From positions 219,854,001 to 219,918,000 of the forward strand of contig NC_086097.1 in NCBI RefSeq assembly GCF_963921235.1: 64,000 nucleotides of DNA, in the 5' to 3' direction. Made by a program: the position numbers and the translations under genes. Source of the DNA: Mobula hypostoma. Taxonomy: Eukaryota. This document shows positions 26,891 through 40,521 of this stretch, piece by piece (the first letter of the stretch is position 1; each line of letters begins with the position of its first letter). The notes under the pieces were generated by a model, which saw only the letters and a program-made list of their open reading frames with translations, had not been told where the DNA came from and made no database searches.

Positions 26891-29129
26891 GTAAGGGATT
26901 ATTTCTAGAATTTTCAAGTTTACTGGGAGTAGTTGAGAGTGGCAATTTTTACTGTTGATGTACTCGTAACCCATTAACTAGCACTTTGACAGAGCATTGT
27001 CCGTGATGCAGATGTAGCACTCTATAATGATAATGGCTGACCAGTTTATCAGAAATGTGACACAACATCCTCAAAAACAAACAGCATGCACTTGTGAGGA
27101 ACCTTGAACAAAGGAAATATAACCTAAAAACAGGAAAGTCCATGAAAATATGATACTACAGAGCTATGAAAATTGAATCTTCATGAAAATATATTCTCAG
27201 CTATTTTACAGCCAGTTACTTGATTCACAAAGTAAAGAAAATGTATCCAATAGTTAAATCCAATTGGAATTTTGTTTCATTTGGCAGTATACATGCACAT
27301 GGTTGAATGACAATAAATGAACTAAATTCGGCAAAATATTCATGAATATTGCATGAAGCAATGCTGGTGTGTAATCATCTGCTAAGCACAATAATTCATG
27401 AAGTTTAATAAGATGTCAAAAGGGTAAATCTACACTCCATGAAAATCAGAATCATCTTTCAAAAAGGAGACAAGATTTGAAAAACTGACACCAGGAAACA
27501 GAATATATATGAACAAATTACCAAGAAAATATTTCCAAGTAATGCTGTTCTACTTTAATTTGAAATTCAGAAGTAGCAAAATGAGATATATCTATAGCAT
27601 GGGACATGAATTGAATAGTCTAATTGCAGCAAAGTCTGGAATTTAAACAAATGAAAAATCACCAAGTGTTCAGTATAGCGACCTCATCATCAGAAAATAG
27701 AATCAGTAATGACTCAGTAGCAACCTCATAGGAGCCTGTCATTTAGGTCAGAACTTCGATTTCCTGCTGGTAAAATGTAGTCATGTGAAATGTAACAGAT
27801 ACCCTATTGATTATTGATTCAGTGGAAGAAAGTGACACTAGAGAGCCATTTACAGTTTATTTATAAAAATTAGAATGTTTTAAAAACATGATAGAATTTC
27901 CATCTCTATCTACACTTCATAATTTTGGATTTGACAGTTACTTTAGGGCAAGCATGTGGTAATTTGGGTCTACCATCACTCTTTGTGAGTACCAAATATG
28001 ACCCTTTCTCCTGTTTGGAGATGCAGTGGAGTAGGACAAAATGTGGAATGCAGTTCAAGGAGAAGGCAATGTATACAGGAACTTTGGACAGGGATAAATT
28101 TAGAAAGCAGATTTTTATTCCTCATTTCTGAAACTCTTGTGCCAAAGCCTAGTGTAGTTTTGTAGTCATGTCACAAACCAGCCTGGGAGTTTTCCTTTTG
28201 ATTAATATTTGTGCCCACTTCTGTCCCTTCTGCTCAAAGTCATGACTGTCACTATGGAATGATTCATTGAGAGCTAAAAGTCCTTCAGTAACTTGTCCAA
28301 TGAATCATTTGTTATTTGTGAATCTAGATAGTATCAGCAGTCTCTTCAGTCAGGCATGTTGTAGTTAAGCCAAATCTCCCCCAGGTCCTCATCATCAACA
28401 ATCAATACATATTAAGCATAAGTAGGAACCCTAGCTCAAAAGTCCACTTCAGCTCCAGAATACTCAAGCAATTGTAATGAACCAGCTGAGATTAGTTATA
28501 TACCACTTTCTTCATCAACATAACCCGAAATAAAGGAGTAGTCAGATTTAGAGGATACGAAATGGATGAAGAGTAATAGAGTCTACAATAGTACAAAGGA
28601 AAACCTTTTGGGCAAATGAAAGCAAGTAAAGAGGCAAGTGAAAAAAAAAGCAATTCAATACGTGAAAGGAAAGAGGATACAGGGAATATGAATATGGCTA
28701 CAGCTGGCAGAAGTCAAGAGGGAAATGATTTTGAAGTTCTGCCAGAATCCTTGGAAATGGAATAGTCACCGAAGGGCAGAAAAGGAAAAATAGAGGAAAG
28801 GTAGTCAATAAAAACATTTTCAGCCATTGAAAAGACAAACAGTAAAAGCCAATTTCTTTAAAGGGGGAAAATGGAAATTAGGGAGCAGTTTAGCTGAGGC
28901 ACCAAGGAAATGTAGTATGGTATTTCTCCATTGCTTTATTAGAGAATAGATATTGAAGTAGAGATGATCCTTGCCCCAAGAAGAGCTCAGTACCCCCAGT
29001 GCAGTGGTCAGGAAGACAAAATAGTAATCAGATTTATCCAGGGAATTCCTGGGATCCTAGCATCTTCTTTGATTTGTGTTTTATTCATTATTTCCCAGAG
29101 TTCAACCATCCCGTTGATTGGAGGATTCA

Positions 29130-29680
<551 letters not shown>

Positions 29681-30248
29681 GTCAGTCCATGGCCTCCTCT
29701 TCTGCCGTGATAAGTTCACTCTCAGAGTGGAGGAGCAGCACCTCATATTCCGGCTAGGTCGTCGTCGTCATCGACTAGGTAGCCTCCAACCAGATGGCAT
29801 GAAAATTGATTTCTCCTTCCTGTAATTTTTCCCTCCCCTTTCCTTCTTCTTGTATTCTCCACTCTGCCTCTTACCTCTTCTCCTCACCTGCCCTTGGTGC
29901 CCCTCTTTCTTCCCTTTCTCCCATGATCCACCCCCCCCCATCAGATTCCTTCTTCTGCAGCCCTTTGCCTTTTCCACCTTTTCCTATCTCCCCTCAGCTT
30001 CTCCCTTCATCCCTATCCTCCTACCCTCCTGGCTTCACCTATTACTTTCTAGCTTGTCCTCCTTCTCACTACCTTTTCATCCTGGCATCATCCTCTTTCC
30101 TTTCCAGTCCTGATGAAGGATGAAGGGTCTTGGTCTGAAACATCAGCTCTTTATTTATTTCCATAAATGCTGCCTGATCTGCTGAGATCCTGTGGATTTT
30201 ATGTGTGTTTTTCTGGATTTCCAGCATCTGCAGAATCTCTTGTGTTTA
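29681..30248 (+). mobile_element. Penelope-like element 3' fragment, hammerhead disrupted
   Basis: VHGLL...EEQHLIFRLG..LQPDGMKIDFS; hammerhead region agtcctgatgaag-gatgaag-ggtcttggtctgaaacatc has a 7-bp duplication. Confidence 0.85.
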
Positions 30249-30817
30249 TGACTTCTTAACCAGTCAGTAAATGTAGAGCCTCATAAAAGTGTAATGTGAC
30301 AAGCCTGCAGTCACCGCAGATCTCCCTGCTCCCTATCGCTGGCACTAATCCTGGATGTGAGGCATATGCAGGGCTCTTTTTGATCCTGGAACAGAAACAT
30401 CCCACATGCCCGGGCTGCTCAAGAGCATGGCTTTATCTTAGCGCAAGTCTTTATCTCAGCGCAAGTGCTGAGTGTAGGCCATTTAGGAAGCCTATCAAAA
30501 TAACTTCTTTGAAAAGGACTTTTGATTTTGAAAGGGAAAAAAAATGAGAGGCAGGAAAATTTAACCACAGAAATTTGCTTCAGCTGGAGAACTTATACAT
30601 GAGCAACCTTTAACCTATAAATTGTTCTATCTAAAATTATGTTTCTTAAATAAAATAAGCATGTGTGACTGTCTTGACAGTTTTTGTAGGCTCATCTTGT
30701 AAGCTCAGTTGGAGCTTCATTTGTTAAAACTGAAGTGCAAGATGCAGTGTACAGGCATTTAAAGAAATTACTTAATTTGATGCATTTCTTCATCTGTGGT
30801 TGTGATTACTTCAACAG

Positions 30818-30946
30818 CATTCCTCAACTAGTTCTGAATATCGACCTTGCTCCGACCATCCTGGATATCGCTGGCCTCGATATTCCAGCAGACATGGATG
30901 GCAAATCTATCCTGAAATTACTGGAGCCTGAAAAGCCAGGAAATAG
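30818..30946 (+). CDS. SULF1: Sulf-1 coding exon (129 bp)
   Basis: tcaacag|C ATT CCT...AAT AG|gtgagc; [42 protein letters not shown](R). Confidence 0.95.
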
Positions 30947-31056
30947 GTGAGCTGAAATGACTGAACCCTACACTTGGACAAACATTGCATTAAATGGAAG
31001 TGAGAGAGACATATTGGAAATACAGAGTTTCAGTCTGAGTCCGAGGCCTCCACTGG

Positions 31057-31620
31057 TTAGAGCTGACCATGGAAATTGCATCCTAGCTGTCTAGAAATGC
31101 AAGCCAGGGCAGTACGATATGGAGAGAAAACTTTTGCCCATGTAGCAAGCTTCCCCTCTCCATGCATCTGATGAACCCAAAGGAACGGCAGAGATTGATA
31201 CAGTTTGGTACCAGGAGCATCACAGGAATTGCCAGTCAGCATAGAACTCAATGTAGGCCAGCCTTAGGGACACCAGCTCCAGATTTTTCCCTCAGAGTTT
31301 ACTCCCGAAGCCTTCCCCATGAGTGGGTTTTGTTGCAAGGCAGTGGAGGTTTGGAATCAGAGTTTTTCTTCCAGCTGCCAACTATGGCTGACAAGCCCCA
31401 TCTGCCCAAAGCGATTGATTTTAAGGCGCCAGTAACCCTCCTTTGCCCCTTCTCCTGTCAGTAGAAATTGTTCCACTGGGCTTAGTAGCTGAGCCACGTG
31501 TGAAGGCCAGGAGCTGGACCTGGTTGTGAGAGGTTATTTGAGGCACACGCCATTTGGAGCGTTTAATGGGTAACGGGAGCTTGTCCTCAACACCACTCCC
31601 GGCTATAATAACCTTAAGGA
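31057..31620. repeat. Unclassified interspersed non-coding repeat, possibly RTE-related
   Basis: GC-richer block with sharp edges and no credible ORF; family guess only. Confidence 0.3.
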
Positions 31621-31629
31621 TATTCAGAG

Positions 31630-31730
31630 TAACACACTCAAAATGACGGAGGAACTCAGCAGTTCAGGCAGCATTTATGGAAGGGAATAAAGAGTCGACG
31701 CTTTGGGCTGAGACCTTTCATCAAGGCTCC
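31630..31730 (-). mobile_element. Short PLE 3' tail with decayed hammerhead
   Basis: Matches the family tail; minus strand reads ttgatgaaaggtctcagcccaaagcgtcgact. Confidence 0.75.
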
Positions 31731-32379
31731 TGACTTACGGACAGAAATTGAAGGAAGAATATGTAGGCTTTAAAATTTTTCTTTATAAAACTTGCAACGA
31801 AACTGAGAGAACAACATTATACAAATTAATAGGGCCCTGATGGAAAATTGATCTTTTGCAAACAAGTTTTGTTATAATAGTCTCTTTGTGCTGAATTTTG
31901 GACCAGTGACAAGGATGCAGGATCATTGTACTCTGCATATGGTTCAAGATGCTGCCATTACACTGATGATCAAATGCATCACATTGTCGTGGGGGCCCAC
32001 TGGAACAGACTAACACTAAACCATATGTCTTCTCTTGTCATCACCCCACCTCCATTTCTTCACATTTCCACAATAAACTTTATACAGATGTTGCCATGGT
32101 GAGGGTACTTTTAAGAATCCAAATTGCTTCCAAATGGTCGGTATGAGAATGACATGGCAACTCCAACCTCTTTGGACTGCCACCAACAATTAATAGTCAA
32201 TTGTTTTAACAAATGAGTAAAAGCTGAAAATCGCAAATGACTTTCCTTTTGGGAGTTTTGTCAGTTTGGCAGATGTTTGAGTTACCTGATTTGGTTCAAG
32301 TATTACAAGCAGCACTGGAAGGAAGTATATAAACCTAATTTTAGTCATTAGTACCTAACATGCAATATGTCTTTTCCAG

Positions 32380-32436
32380 ATTCCGTTCAAATAAAAGGGC
32401 CAGAATCTGGCGTGACACATTCCTCATTGAGAGAGG
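32380..32436 (+). CDS. SULF1: Sulf-1 coding exon (57 bp)
   Basis: cttttccag|A TTC CGT...AGA GG|gtaagt; FRSNKRARIWRDTFLIER(G). Confidence 0.93.
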
Positions 32437-33039
32437 GTAAGTAAATCTGTACCAAGAATTTAACACAATGCATTCTGCGTGTTTTTTCCAGTTCTCATAA
32501 AGAGGTACCTGATTGGAGACAGTGTTTTGGATGGCAAGGGTAGCTTTTTCTCAAAGATCTATTCTTTGGTGATTTTTTGACTTTTAGTTGTATTGATCCT
32601 GCTAGTTATGATATTCATCAGTTTCACACAAAGATAAATGTTGTGGAAATGACTGTCCTTAGACAATAGAACTTCCTCGGGATTTGTTAATCTGCAGTTG
32701 TCATGTCTCTAGATAGTTATGTACCCACATCAGTGTAACTTCCTTGAGAGGAAAATTATTCAGTGAATTTTGGAATTTATTGATATCGCAGATAATTTAT
32801 CAAGAAACTCCAGTAGTTTAAATTAAAGAAACTACATTAGCCAGGAAACTGCATCAGACTTTTTTTCTAAAAGAGGGCCTGTGTTATGATATATTCTTCA
32901 GGTGGAACTGAACCATATACGCATACCAATAATAGTATACCCATGGATTTCAGGATGCAGATTGGAGAATCCAGCTAGCCTATCAAGAAAGGGTGCCCAA
33001 ACACCTCAGAAGTGAGACTGGGTTGCCACTTTAGGTGTT

Positions 33040-33450
33040 CACTTGCAGAGGTGTAGGTAACGTGGCTAAGAAAACATATGAGATGCTGACTTTCGTTAAT
33101 TAGGTTATTGAATATAGAGCAGGAAGGTCATGAGGGAGATAGATACGGTAGATAGAAAGTAAGAGGCTTTTTTGCTCCCCCATAGCAGGGATGTCTAAAC
33201 CATGAGGACATGAGAGATGAGAAGTTAGGAAGGGTTCTGAAGGGGCATCTTTCTCACAAAGATTCTGGAATGCTTTTCCTAAAGCGCTCTCTCTTATAGA
33301 TACTCTCACGGTATCTAGACAGCTACTTGAATTTCCAAGGCATAGAAGGCAATGGGCCTAAAGTAAGTAAATGGGATATACCAGCAAAGAGTGGCAGACA
33401 CATTGTGGGCCAAAAGTCCTGTTTCTCTGCTGTGTGACTCTATAACTCTT
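33040..33450 (+). mobile_element. Old CR1 3' fragment
   Basis: Similar to the 3' ends of the other CR1 copies in the window. Confidence 0.6.
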
Positions 33451-33597
33451 TTTTGATTTGATTTCTGATTCTCTATGACTCATTGATACTCTTTTGATCT
33501 GATTTGATTTGAATATGATTCCTCTTTTGAAATCTGTATTAACTCTGTTATTCTATAATTTCCTTAAGAAAAATAGATTTGAGCATTTTTCCTTCAA

Positions 33598-34068
33598 CAG
33601 ATCAGAAGTAGAATGAAATTTACTATCACTGAAATATGTCGTGCAATTTGTTATTCTGCAGCAGGGGGACAGTGCAATACATAAAAATTACTCTAGCTTA
33701 CAATAAGAAATCTATACAATAACAATATATAAAAACAAACAATGCAAAAAGAGAGCAGATTGGAGATGTGATGTTTATGGGTTCATGGACCATTCAGTAA
33801 TGTGATGGCAGAGGGGAAGAAGATGTTTCTAAAACTTGGTTCATGTACCTCCTCCCTAATGGTTGTTTGAGAAGAGGGCATACCCTGATGGTGATGGTCC
33901 TTCATGATGGATTCTGCCTTATTGAGGCATCGCCTTTTGAAGATGACCTCCGTGGTGGGGAGGGTTGTGCCCATGATGGAGCTTGCTCAGTCCACAGCTT
34001 TTTTCCAATCTGGTGCATGGGCGTCTTCATACCAGGCAGTGAAACAACCAGTCAGAATGCTCTCTAAT
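33598..34068 (-). mobile_element. Rex/Babar/L2-type LINE 3' fragment
   Basis: Reverse complement aligns by eye with 14670-15178. Confidence 0.7.
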
Positions 34069-34789
34069 GTACTAGTCGGTATTTCCCCACATTCACTCTC
34101 CCTACTTTTTGTTAAATATTGATGTTACATTTGCTGCAGTCTGTGAGTACCATTCCGGAATCTCTGGAATTTTGCAATGTGGATAGTGGGACAACCTGCT
34201 CCTCTTATCTCCATGGGCACCTCTTTCAAGATTTTATGCAGGTCCTTGGGGCCTGGAGAATTAACAGCTCTCAGTCCCATTAATTTCTCTAACAATTGTT
34301 GTTTTGCCAATGCTAATTTCTTTCATCTAATTCATTCTAGACCTTTTGTTCTGTGCTATTTCAGAAAGTTCTCTGTATCTTCCATGAGGGATTGACTCAA
34401 ATATTCATGTCCTTATTTACCAGTTACACCATCTGTTTCAGATTGTAGGGATTGTTTATTTTTCCCTATATTCCACAGAAGTGCTACTAATTACTCTTAT
34501 TATTCTGATTTCCTTAGTTAAGTTTTGGTCTTCCTTTGCTGAAAGCCAAAATGTTCTGAACCCTCTTTTCTATTATGAGCCACTTTATCTGATTTAATAC
34601 AGTCTTTAACTTTTTCTGTTGTATTTTGAGCCTGAAGAGGATTATGCATGTCTTGTAAATTACGTATTAAATTTATAACTAGTCACTACTCGTTTACATT
34701 CATACCTTTGAATGTATTTTACTATCTATCGTATCCAACCTTCTTTTTACCATAAAAGAAAGTATTTCCTTTGCTTAGATTTAAGACCC

Positions 34790-35115
34790 TTTCGTGTGGA
34801 TAGACAGAGGTTTTTTCCCAGGGCTAACACGAGGGGGCATAGTTTTAAGGTGCTTGGAAGTAGGTACAGAAGGGATGTCAGGGTAAGTTTTTCACACAGA
34901 GAGTGGTGTGTGCGTGGAATGTACTGCCGGCGATGGTGGTAGAGGCAGATACAATAGGGTCTCTTAAGTGACTCTTAGATAGATACATGAAGCTTAGAAA
35001 AATAGAGGGCTATGCGGTAGAATAATTTCTAGGCAGTTTTTAGAGTAGGTTATATGGTCAGCACAACATTGTAGGCTGTAGGGCCTGTAATGTGCTGTAG
35101 ATTTCTATGTTCTAC
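34790..35115 (+). mobile_element. CR1 3' end; same subfamily at 38431-38779 and 59100-59472
   Basis: Shared gcatagttttaaggtgcttggaagtaggtacaga... sequence and tttctatgtt tail. Confidence 0.85.
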
Positions 35116-35789
35116 ATTCAGAAAAAAAACTAAATCACTTTTACTCTTTAGGGAACTGTGATTATAAGATGATTGGGTTTTGTGCAGTTTCCTGAACTTC
35201 CAGTTTGTTAATCAATTCTTTCTTAAAGCAAAATACCAAATCTGAAAGAGCATGGTGCCTTACTGCTTATTCAATATACTGATCTAGAAACACACCTTGT
35301 TTACACTTCATGATTTGGGTCTTCACACTTAAGATTACTAATTCAAATCCCATGCTTTTAGGGAACTTCACTTTTGCACTTGAACAGACTGGTTTAAATT
35401 TTTCTCTTTGGGAAGAGAGAATTTTACATGAAGCACTTACGTAGATGTGGCTGCCATAAGTTGTATAAGGTTAACTTCAATAAATTTTCTCTGTTGGAGG
35501 TGCGTTCTCCTGGATTATAAAGCAGATTTCCATGCATATTAGACAAAGGGCTCCTACATCGTGTACTACAAACACGAAGAAATAAGTTACGTGCTGAAGG
35601 CTTGACTGGATTCTGAGTGTCAGAAATGCAATCTATTAAATTATTAACTTCCATAGAAACTCTTACATTCACTTTACTTATGTAATTAATAGATGTTATT
35701 AAAGTTCACTCTACCTGCTGTCAATCACAACAACAGTTCGCTAAATCTTTAATGTAGCAACCCTGCTTTCATCACCTACCAGTGACAAA

Positions 35790-36535
35790 CACAACTGTCA
35801 ATGGTGGCATTAGTAAAACAGACCACGGCTCAGTCCTTGTGGAATTAAAGTCCCTTCTTCACACCAGGGACACCCTTTAAACCTGATCTGCAGATGTTCT
35901 AAATGCAATGGTCTAGTATAGCTCTACAAGTTCAGCACTGGGCATCCATGAGGTGCCCATCAGCAAGCAACACAGAGTAAAGCACCACAATCTGTAATCT
36001 ATTCATTCAGAATATTCTTCACTCTACCATTGCTATCTAACCAGGAGATCACACTGATCGAATGAGGCATGCAGAAGCACATCCCAGTGAGGCTGCAAAA
36101 CAGGATTTCTCATGTGCTGAACAGCAAACACCACATGCAAATCTCACAACCAATGGGTCAGATCAAAGATCTGTAGTTCTGCCACATCTAGTTGTGAATG
36201 GTAGTGGACAATCAAACAGCTAACAGTAGGAGGCTTTGAGAACATCTCCACTTTAATGATGACAAGGCCCAGCACGTGAGTGTGAAAAATAAGGTTAAAG
36301 TATTTCAACCACCTTCTGGCAGATAGATTCCCACAGTCACAGAAGCCAATTTGATTCACTCCACGAGATACCAAGAAATTTGTAAATCACTAGACTGAAC
36401 AAAGACAACATTCATGATGATCAAGCCTCATCCCGATGTAATACTGAGAACCTGCTTAGCTGTGCCTCCAGCCAAACTGTTCGAGAACGGCTACAACCCT
36501 GGCATTTACTCAGCAGTGTGGAAGATTGCTCAGGG
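35790..36535 (+). mobile_element. Old CR1/L2-clade LINE fragment
   Basis: LAVPPAKLF...GIYSAVWKIAQ resembles the pre-RT region of CR1-clade ORF2. Confidence 0.5.
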
Positions 36536-36844
36536 CTGTTCCGATAAGATGACAATGCACTCAGACTCAGCGGCCTCTCTGGATCCAAACAAAGGCGTAA
36601 TTGTTCATCCTACATGTTCTTCTACGATCGTAAGGTTGCTGGATGTTCAGAACGCCAAGTACAGCAGGTCTACCGCACTAGTGAGTTGTTTGATAGCGGT
36701 TGAGCAAGACTTGTTGTGCACCGTGTTGCAGCCTGAAACAGCCACCTGGGGAAGAAGGCATCAGAGACGATGCATGGAGGTGGTGTGCCGTCCAACAGAC
36801 AGTGTAATTGATTGGCTTGCATGTTTTTTATTATGATCGCAAGA

Positions 36845-37256
36845 TTTGTGGGCAGAACTGAAAAAGCATGTGCGAGCAAGGAGGTCTACAAACCTGACTC
36901 AGTTATACCAGTTCTGTCTGGTGGAATGGAACAAAATTCCAGCAACTTACTGTGAGAAGCTTGTGGAAGGCTACACAAAATGTTTGACCCAAGCTAAACA
37001 ATTTAAAGGCAATGCTACCAAATACTAACTAAGTGTATGTAAACTTCTGACCCACTGGGAAAGTGATGAAAGAAATAAAAGCTGAAACAAATCATTCTCT
37101 CTACTATTATTCTGACATTTCACATTCTTAAAATAAAGTAGTGATCCTAACTGACCTAAGACAGGGTATGTTTTCTAGGATTAAATGTCAGGAATTGTGA
37201 AAAACTGAGTTTAAATGTACTTGGCTAAGGTATATGTAAACTTCCGACTTCAACTG
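36845..37256 (+). mobile_element. Tc1 transposon right end, Sleeping Beauty-like (transposase C-terminus plus IR/DR)
   Basis: WAELKKHVRARRSTNLTQL...KQFKGNATKY*; inner DR gtgtatgtaaacttctgacccactg (~37033) and outer DR gtatatgtaaacttccgacttcaactg ending at 37256. Confidence 0.9.
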
Positions 37257-37710
37257 TGTATATATATATTTTAATATAAAGAAGACAGTCTAACACCCAA
37301 TGTGCAGAGAATAAAAACCACATCTTGCCCATAAAAAGAATAAAATGACCCATAAAAAAGACCATCAGACACCCAATGTGCAATGAAAAAAAAAACATGC
37401 AAACAGTAACCGCAAGCAAATAACATTTCTGAACTGAGGTCCGCAAAGGGAATCCCATAATTCAGTGCAGAGCTGATGGAGCCGTGATCAGAACCAGCTT
37501 GTACTTCATCTCAAGCCTTGACACCCGGACCTTTTCAATCTGGCCTGGTGCTTAAATCTCCATCTGAACAATGGGTTTTGCCTCTTGGATACGTCAGACC
37601 TTGCCACATCGATTCAGCGTCTAAATCTACGTCCGAACATCAGTGATTTAAAGGAAGACAATTAGGTATGATTTCTAAATGTGCTGAGGATGCAAAGAAA
37701 ATTAGGACAT

Positions 37711-37775
37711 TACAGTGCAAAATTCTTAGGCAGTTTTATATATGTAGCTTGGGTGCCTAACATTTTTACACAGTA
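37711..37775. mobile_element. ~65-bp hairpin MITE, Tc1/mariner-like
   Basis: tacagtgcaaaattcttaggca ... tgcctaacatttttacacagta, imperfect TIRs with TA ends. Confidence 0.55.
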
Positions 37776-38429
37776 ACACTCACAACTCGCTGGAGGAACT
37801 CAGCAGGTCGGGCAGCATCTGTGGAAACGATCAGTCGACGTTTTGGGCCGGAACCCTTCGTCAGGACTGTAGAGGGAAGGTGGGAAGGAGAAGGCTGGTA
37901 GGTTCCAGGTGAAAAACCAGTAAGGGGAAAGATAAAGGGGTGGGGGAAGGGAGGCAGGGAGGTGATAGGCAGGAAAGGTGAAGGAAGAATAGGGGAAAAC
38001 ACAATGGGTAGTAGAAGGAGGCGGAACCATGGGGGAGGTGATAGGCAGCTGGGGGAGGGGGCAGAGAGACATAGGGATAGGGGAAGGGAGGGGGAGGGGA
38101 TTACGAGAAGTTGGAGAATTCTATGTTCACACCAAGGGGCTGGAGACTACCTAGAGGGTATATGAGGTGTTGCTCCTCCAACCTGAGTTTGGCCTCATCA
38201 CAGCAGTAGAGGAAGCCATGTATGGACATATTTGAATGGGAGTGGGAAGCAGAGCTGAAGTGAGTGGCTACTGGGAGGTCCTGTCTGTTTTGGCGGACGG
38301 AGCGGAGCTGCTCGACGAAGCGGTCCCCCAATCTGCATCGGGTTTCACCGATGTGGAGGCAACACTTCACTTGTGAGTCTGTTGGGGTAATCTATTGCAT
38401 CCAGTGCTCCCGGTGTGGCCTCCTCTACA
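37776..38429 (-). mobile_element. Penelope-like element with 5' inversion; hammerhead at 37833-37868 with GAAA>AAAA
   Basis: Minus-strand ORF HIGETRCRLGDRFVEQL...FSNFS; plus-strand 38356-38429 encodes the immediately upstream RQHFTCESVGVIYCIQCSRCGLLY. Confidence 0.88.
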
Positions 38430-39176
38430 CAAGATGATGAGAGGCATTGATTGTGTGAATAGACAGAGGCTTTTTCCCAGGACTGAAATGGCTAACACAA
38501 GAGGGCAGTTTTAAGGTGCTTGGAAGTAGGTACAGAGGAGATGTCAGGGGTAAGTTTTTTTATGCAGAGAGTGGTGAGTGCATGGAATGGGCTGCCAGTG
38601 ACGGTGGTCGAGGTGGATACAATAGGGTCTTTTAAGAGACTCTCGGACAGGTACATGGGGCTTAGAAAGATAGAGGGCTGTGGGTAACCCTAGGTAATTT
38701 CTAAATTAAGTACATGTTCGGCACAGCATTGTGGGCCGAAGGACTTGTATTATGCTGTAGGCTTTCTATGTTTCTATGTAACAGAAGCAAGTGATGGGAT
38801 GATCTTCGTCTTGATTTCAAAGGAGTCCATGAACAACTCGTATTAGTTGCGAGAGATTTTTTTAAAAAAGTGAGGGGGCAATTTAAGAAGATGTTCTACA
38901 GAAGAGAAAGAAGCCAAGGGTTATGTTTTGCATTCTGAGCTGAAAGTAGAAAAGTGCAAGTGTTTTTGGCAGGTCAAGGTAAGGCCAGATAATCTGTCAT
39001 TGAGCCCTGCCAAATCCAGTAGTCAGAAACCAATTTCAGCTACATCCTGTCAAGTCTGTCTGTGGTGGACTTGGAGAGCAGAGTTAGACATAGAGGCAGC
39101 ATTTAGAATTTATGTTAGGAATACTTGGTGCCAAATAATTATTATTCTTTAAAGATCTTTTTAAAATGAAGGTATA

Positions 39177-40521
39177 TGGTGGATTCTGGTTAATAGGGAC
39201 ACATTCGGACCAGTAAATTTTGGCCCAGTTAAGCGACTGCCCCAATTAGCCGAAGTTTCATGGAAGTAGTTAAAAAGGTATAAAAAAGGCAATCTACTGT
39301 TTAACTGAGTAACAAATTATGTATTTCAATGAAATACTGAACAAATTAGAATCCACCAATGCTACGATAGTATTATAAAATTATGTATTAGTCCCTAATA
39401 ATTATCGACGGAGAAATTCATTCAGTGTATGTTGCCATGTATAGAGTGTCCATGGAGGGGTAGCAGCTCTGGAGGGGGAGCTTGTCATGTCTGTTCTGAA
39501 GTAGCTCACTCACCTTTGGCCCCCACTGGACACTCAGCTCTCATATGTCACTCCAAGTAACCGTTTGCATGCGACACTTTGACAGGCAGGCTAAGCAAGC
39601 TGAGGGTAGCTGGCAAGCATCATACCCTGGTGAAATAGGGACTTGCCTGTCCTAGTATGTGAAGGCAGCTCCTGTGGGATCAACAGTGAGATCTAATGGC
39701 AAAGAAGACTGTTCTGCAGCACTTTGTGGAGAGTGGAGGGCATGGTAAGGTTAAAGAAGTCATAGTTATCCACTGCAACCAGGGAAGACCCCAGTTTGCG
39801 ATGACTACTCGTGCCACTGGACCCAGACTTCCAAGGTTGAAAGAATGGAACAGTCCTAGTGCAATGACTTTTCAACTTTAAAACACCTGCTGCTCCAATT
39901 TCCCTGCTATCATTGGATACAATGGACAACCAACATGCTGCTGTGTACTTTTAATTGACTGTGAATAAACAAAACAGCGCAGACACCTGGTGTGGATAAT
40001 GGCTGCCTTTATACAATTCTGTCAATGATTGTATCCTCCAAATCTTCATTTTCATTGCAACATTCAGCATTATTGTTGATATCTTCAAATTCATTATACG
40101 TCCTAACTTGCTGAAGTAGTGAAATTGTTTCATTTTTACTCCCAGCCCTTTCTGGCATCTCCAGACCTGAATGGTTAAAACCATAGTGAACAAAACAATT
40201 CTGAATTCTCCCATTGCTTATTTCTCACCAACTATCAGTGACACAAATCACTGCTTTTTGAACAGAAACACACGTAACTGATGGTAATAAAAACTTGTTC
40301 GCTTTAAACACAGTGTAGTGTCTAAAGGTCACACGTTCACATGACTGATACTAGTTAGAAACTCTTCAGCAAAAGTCTCCTGTCCCAATTAAGTGGCATA
40401 GTGGCCCAATTAAACAAAGGGAATCCCAGTTATCTTTTCGATTTGTTTTTGTTTTTTGAGAGTTGTCCCAAATATGCACCTGTTTCGATTAACTGATGGC
40501 CCAACTAATTGGAATCCACTG
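39177..40521. mobile_element. Non-autonomous pogo/Tigger-like DNA transposon with a ~490-bp nested insert (~39441-39934)
   Basis: TIRs tggtggattctggttaatagg / ccaactaattggaatccactg, TA flanks; co-linear with 63005-63824. Confidence 0.75.

Noticed and set aside
31167..31210. CTGATGA box as another hammerhead
   Set aside because: No correctly placed GAAA box or closing helices were found
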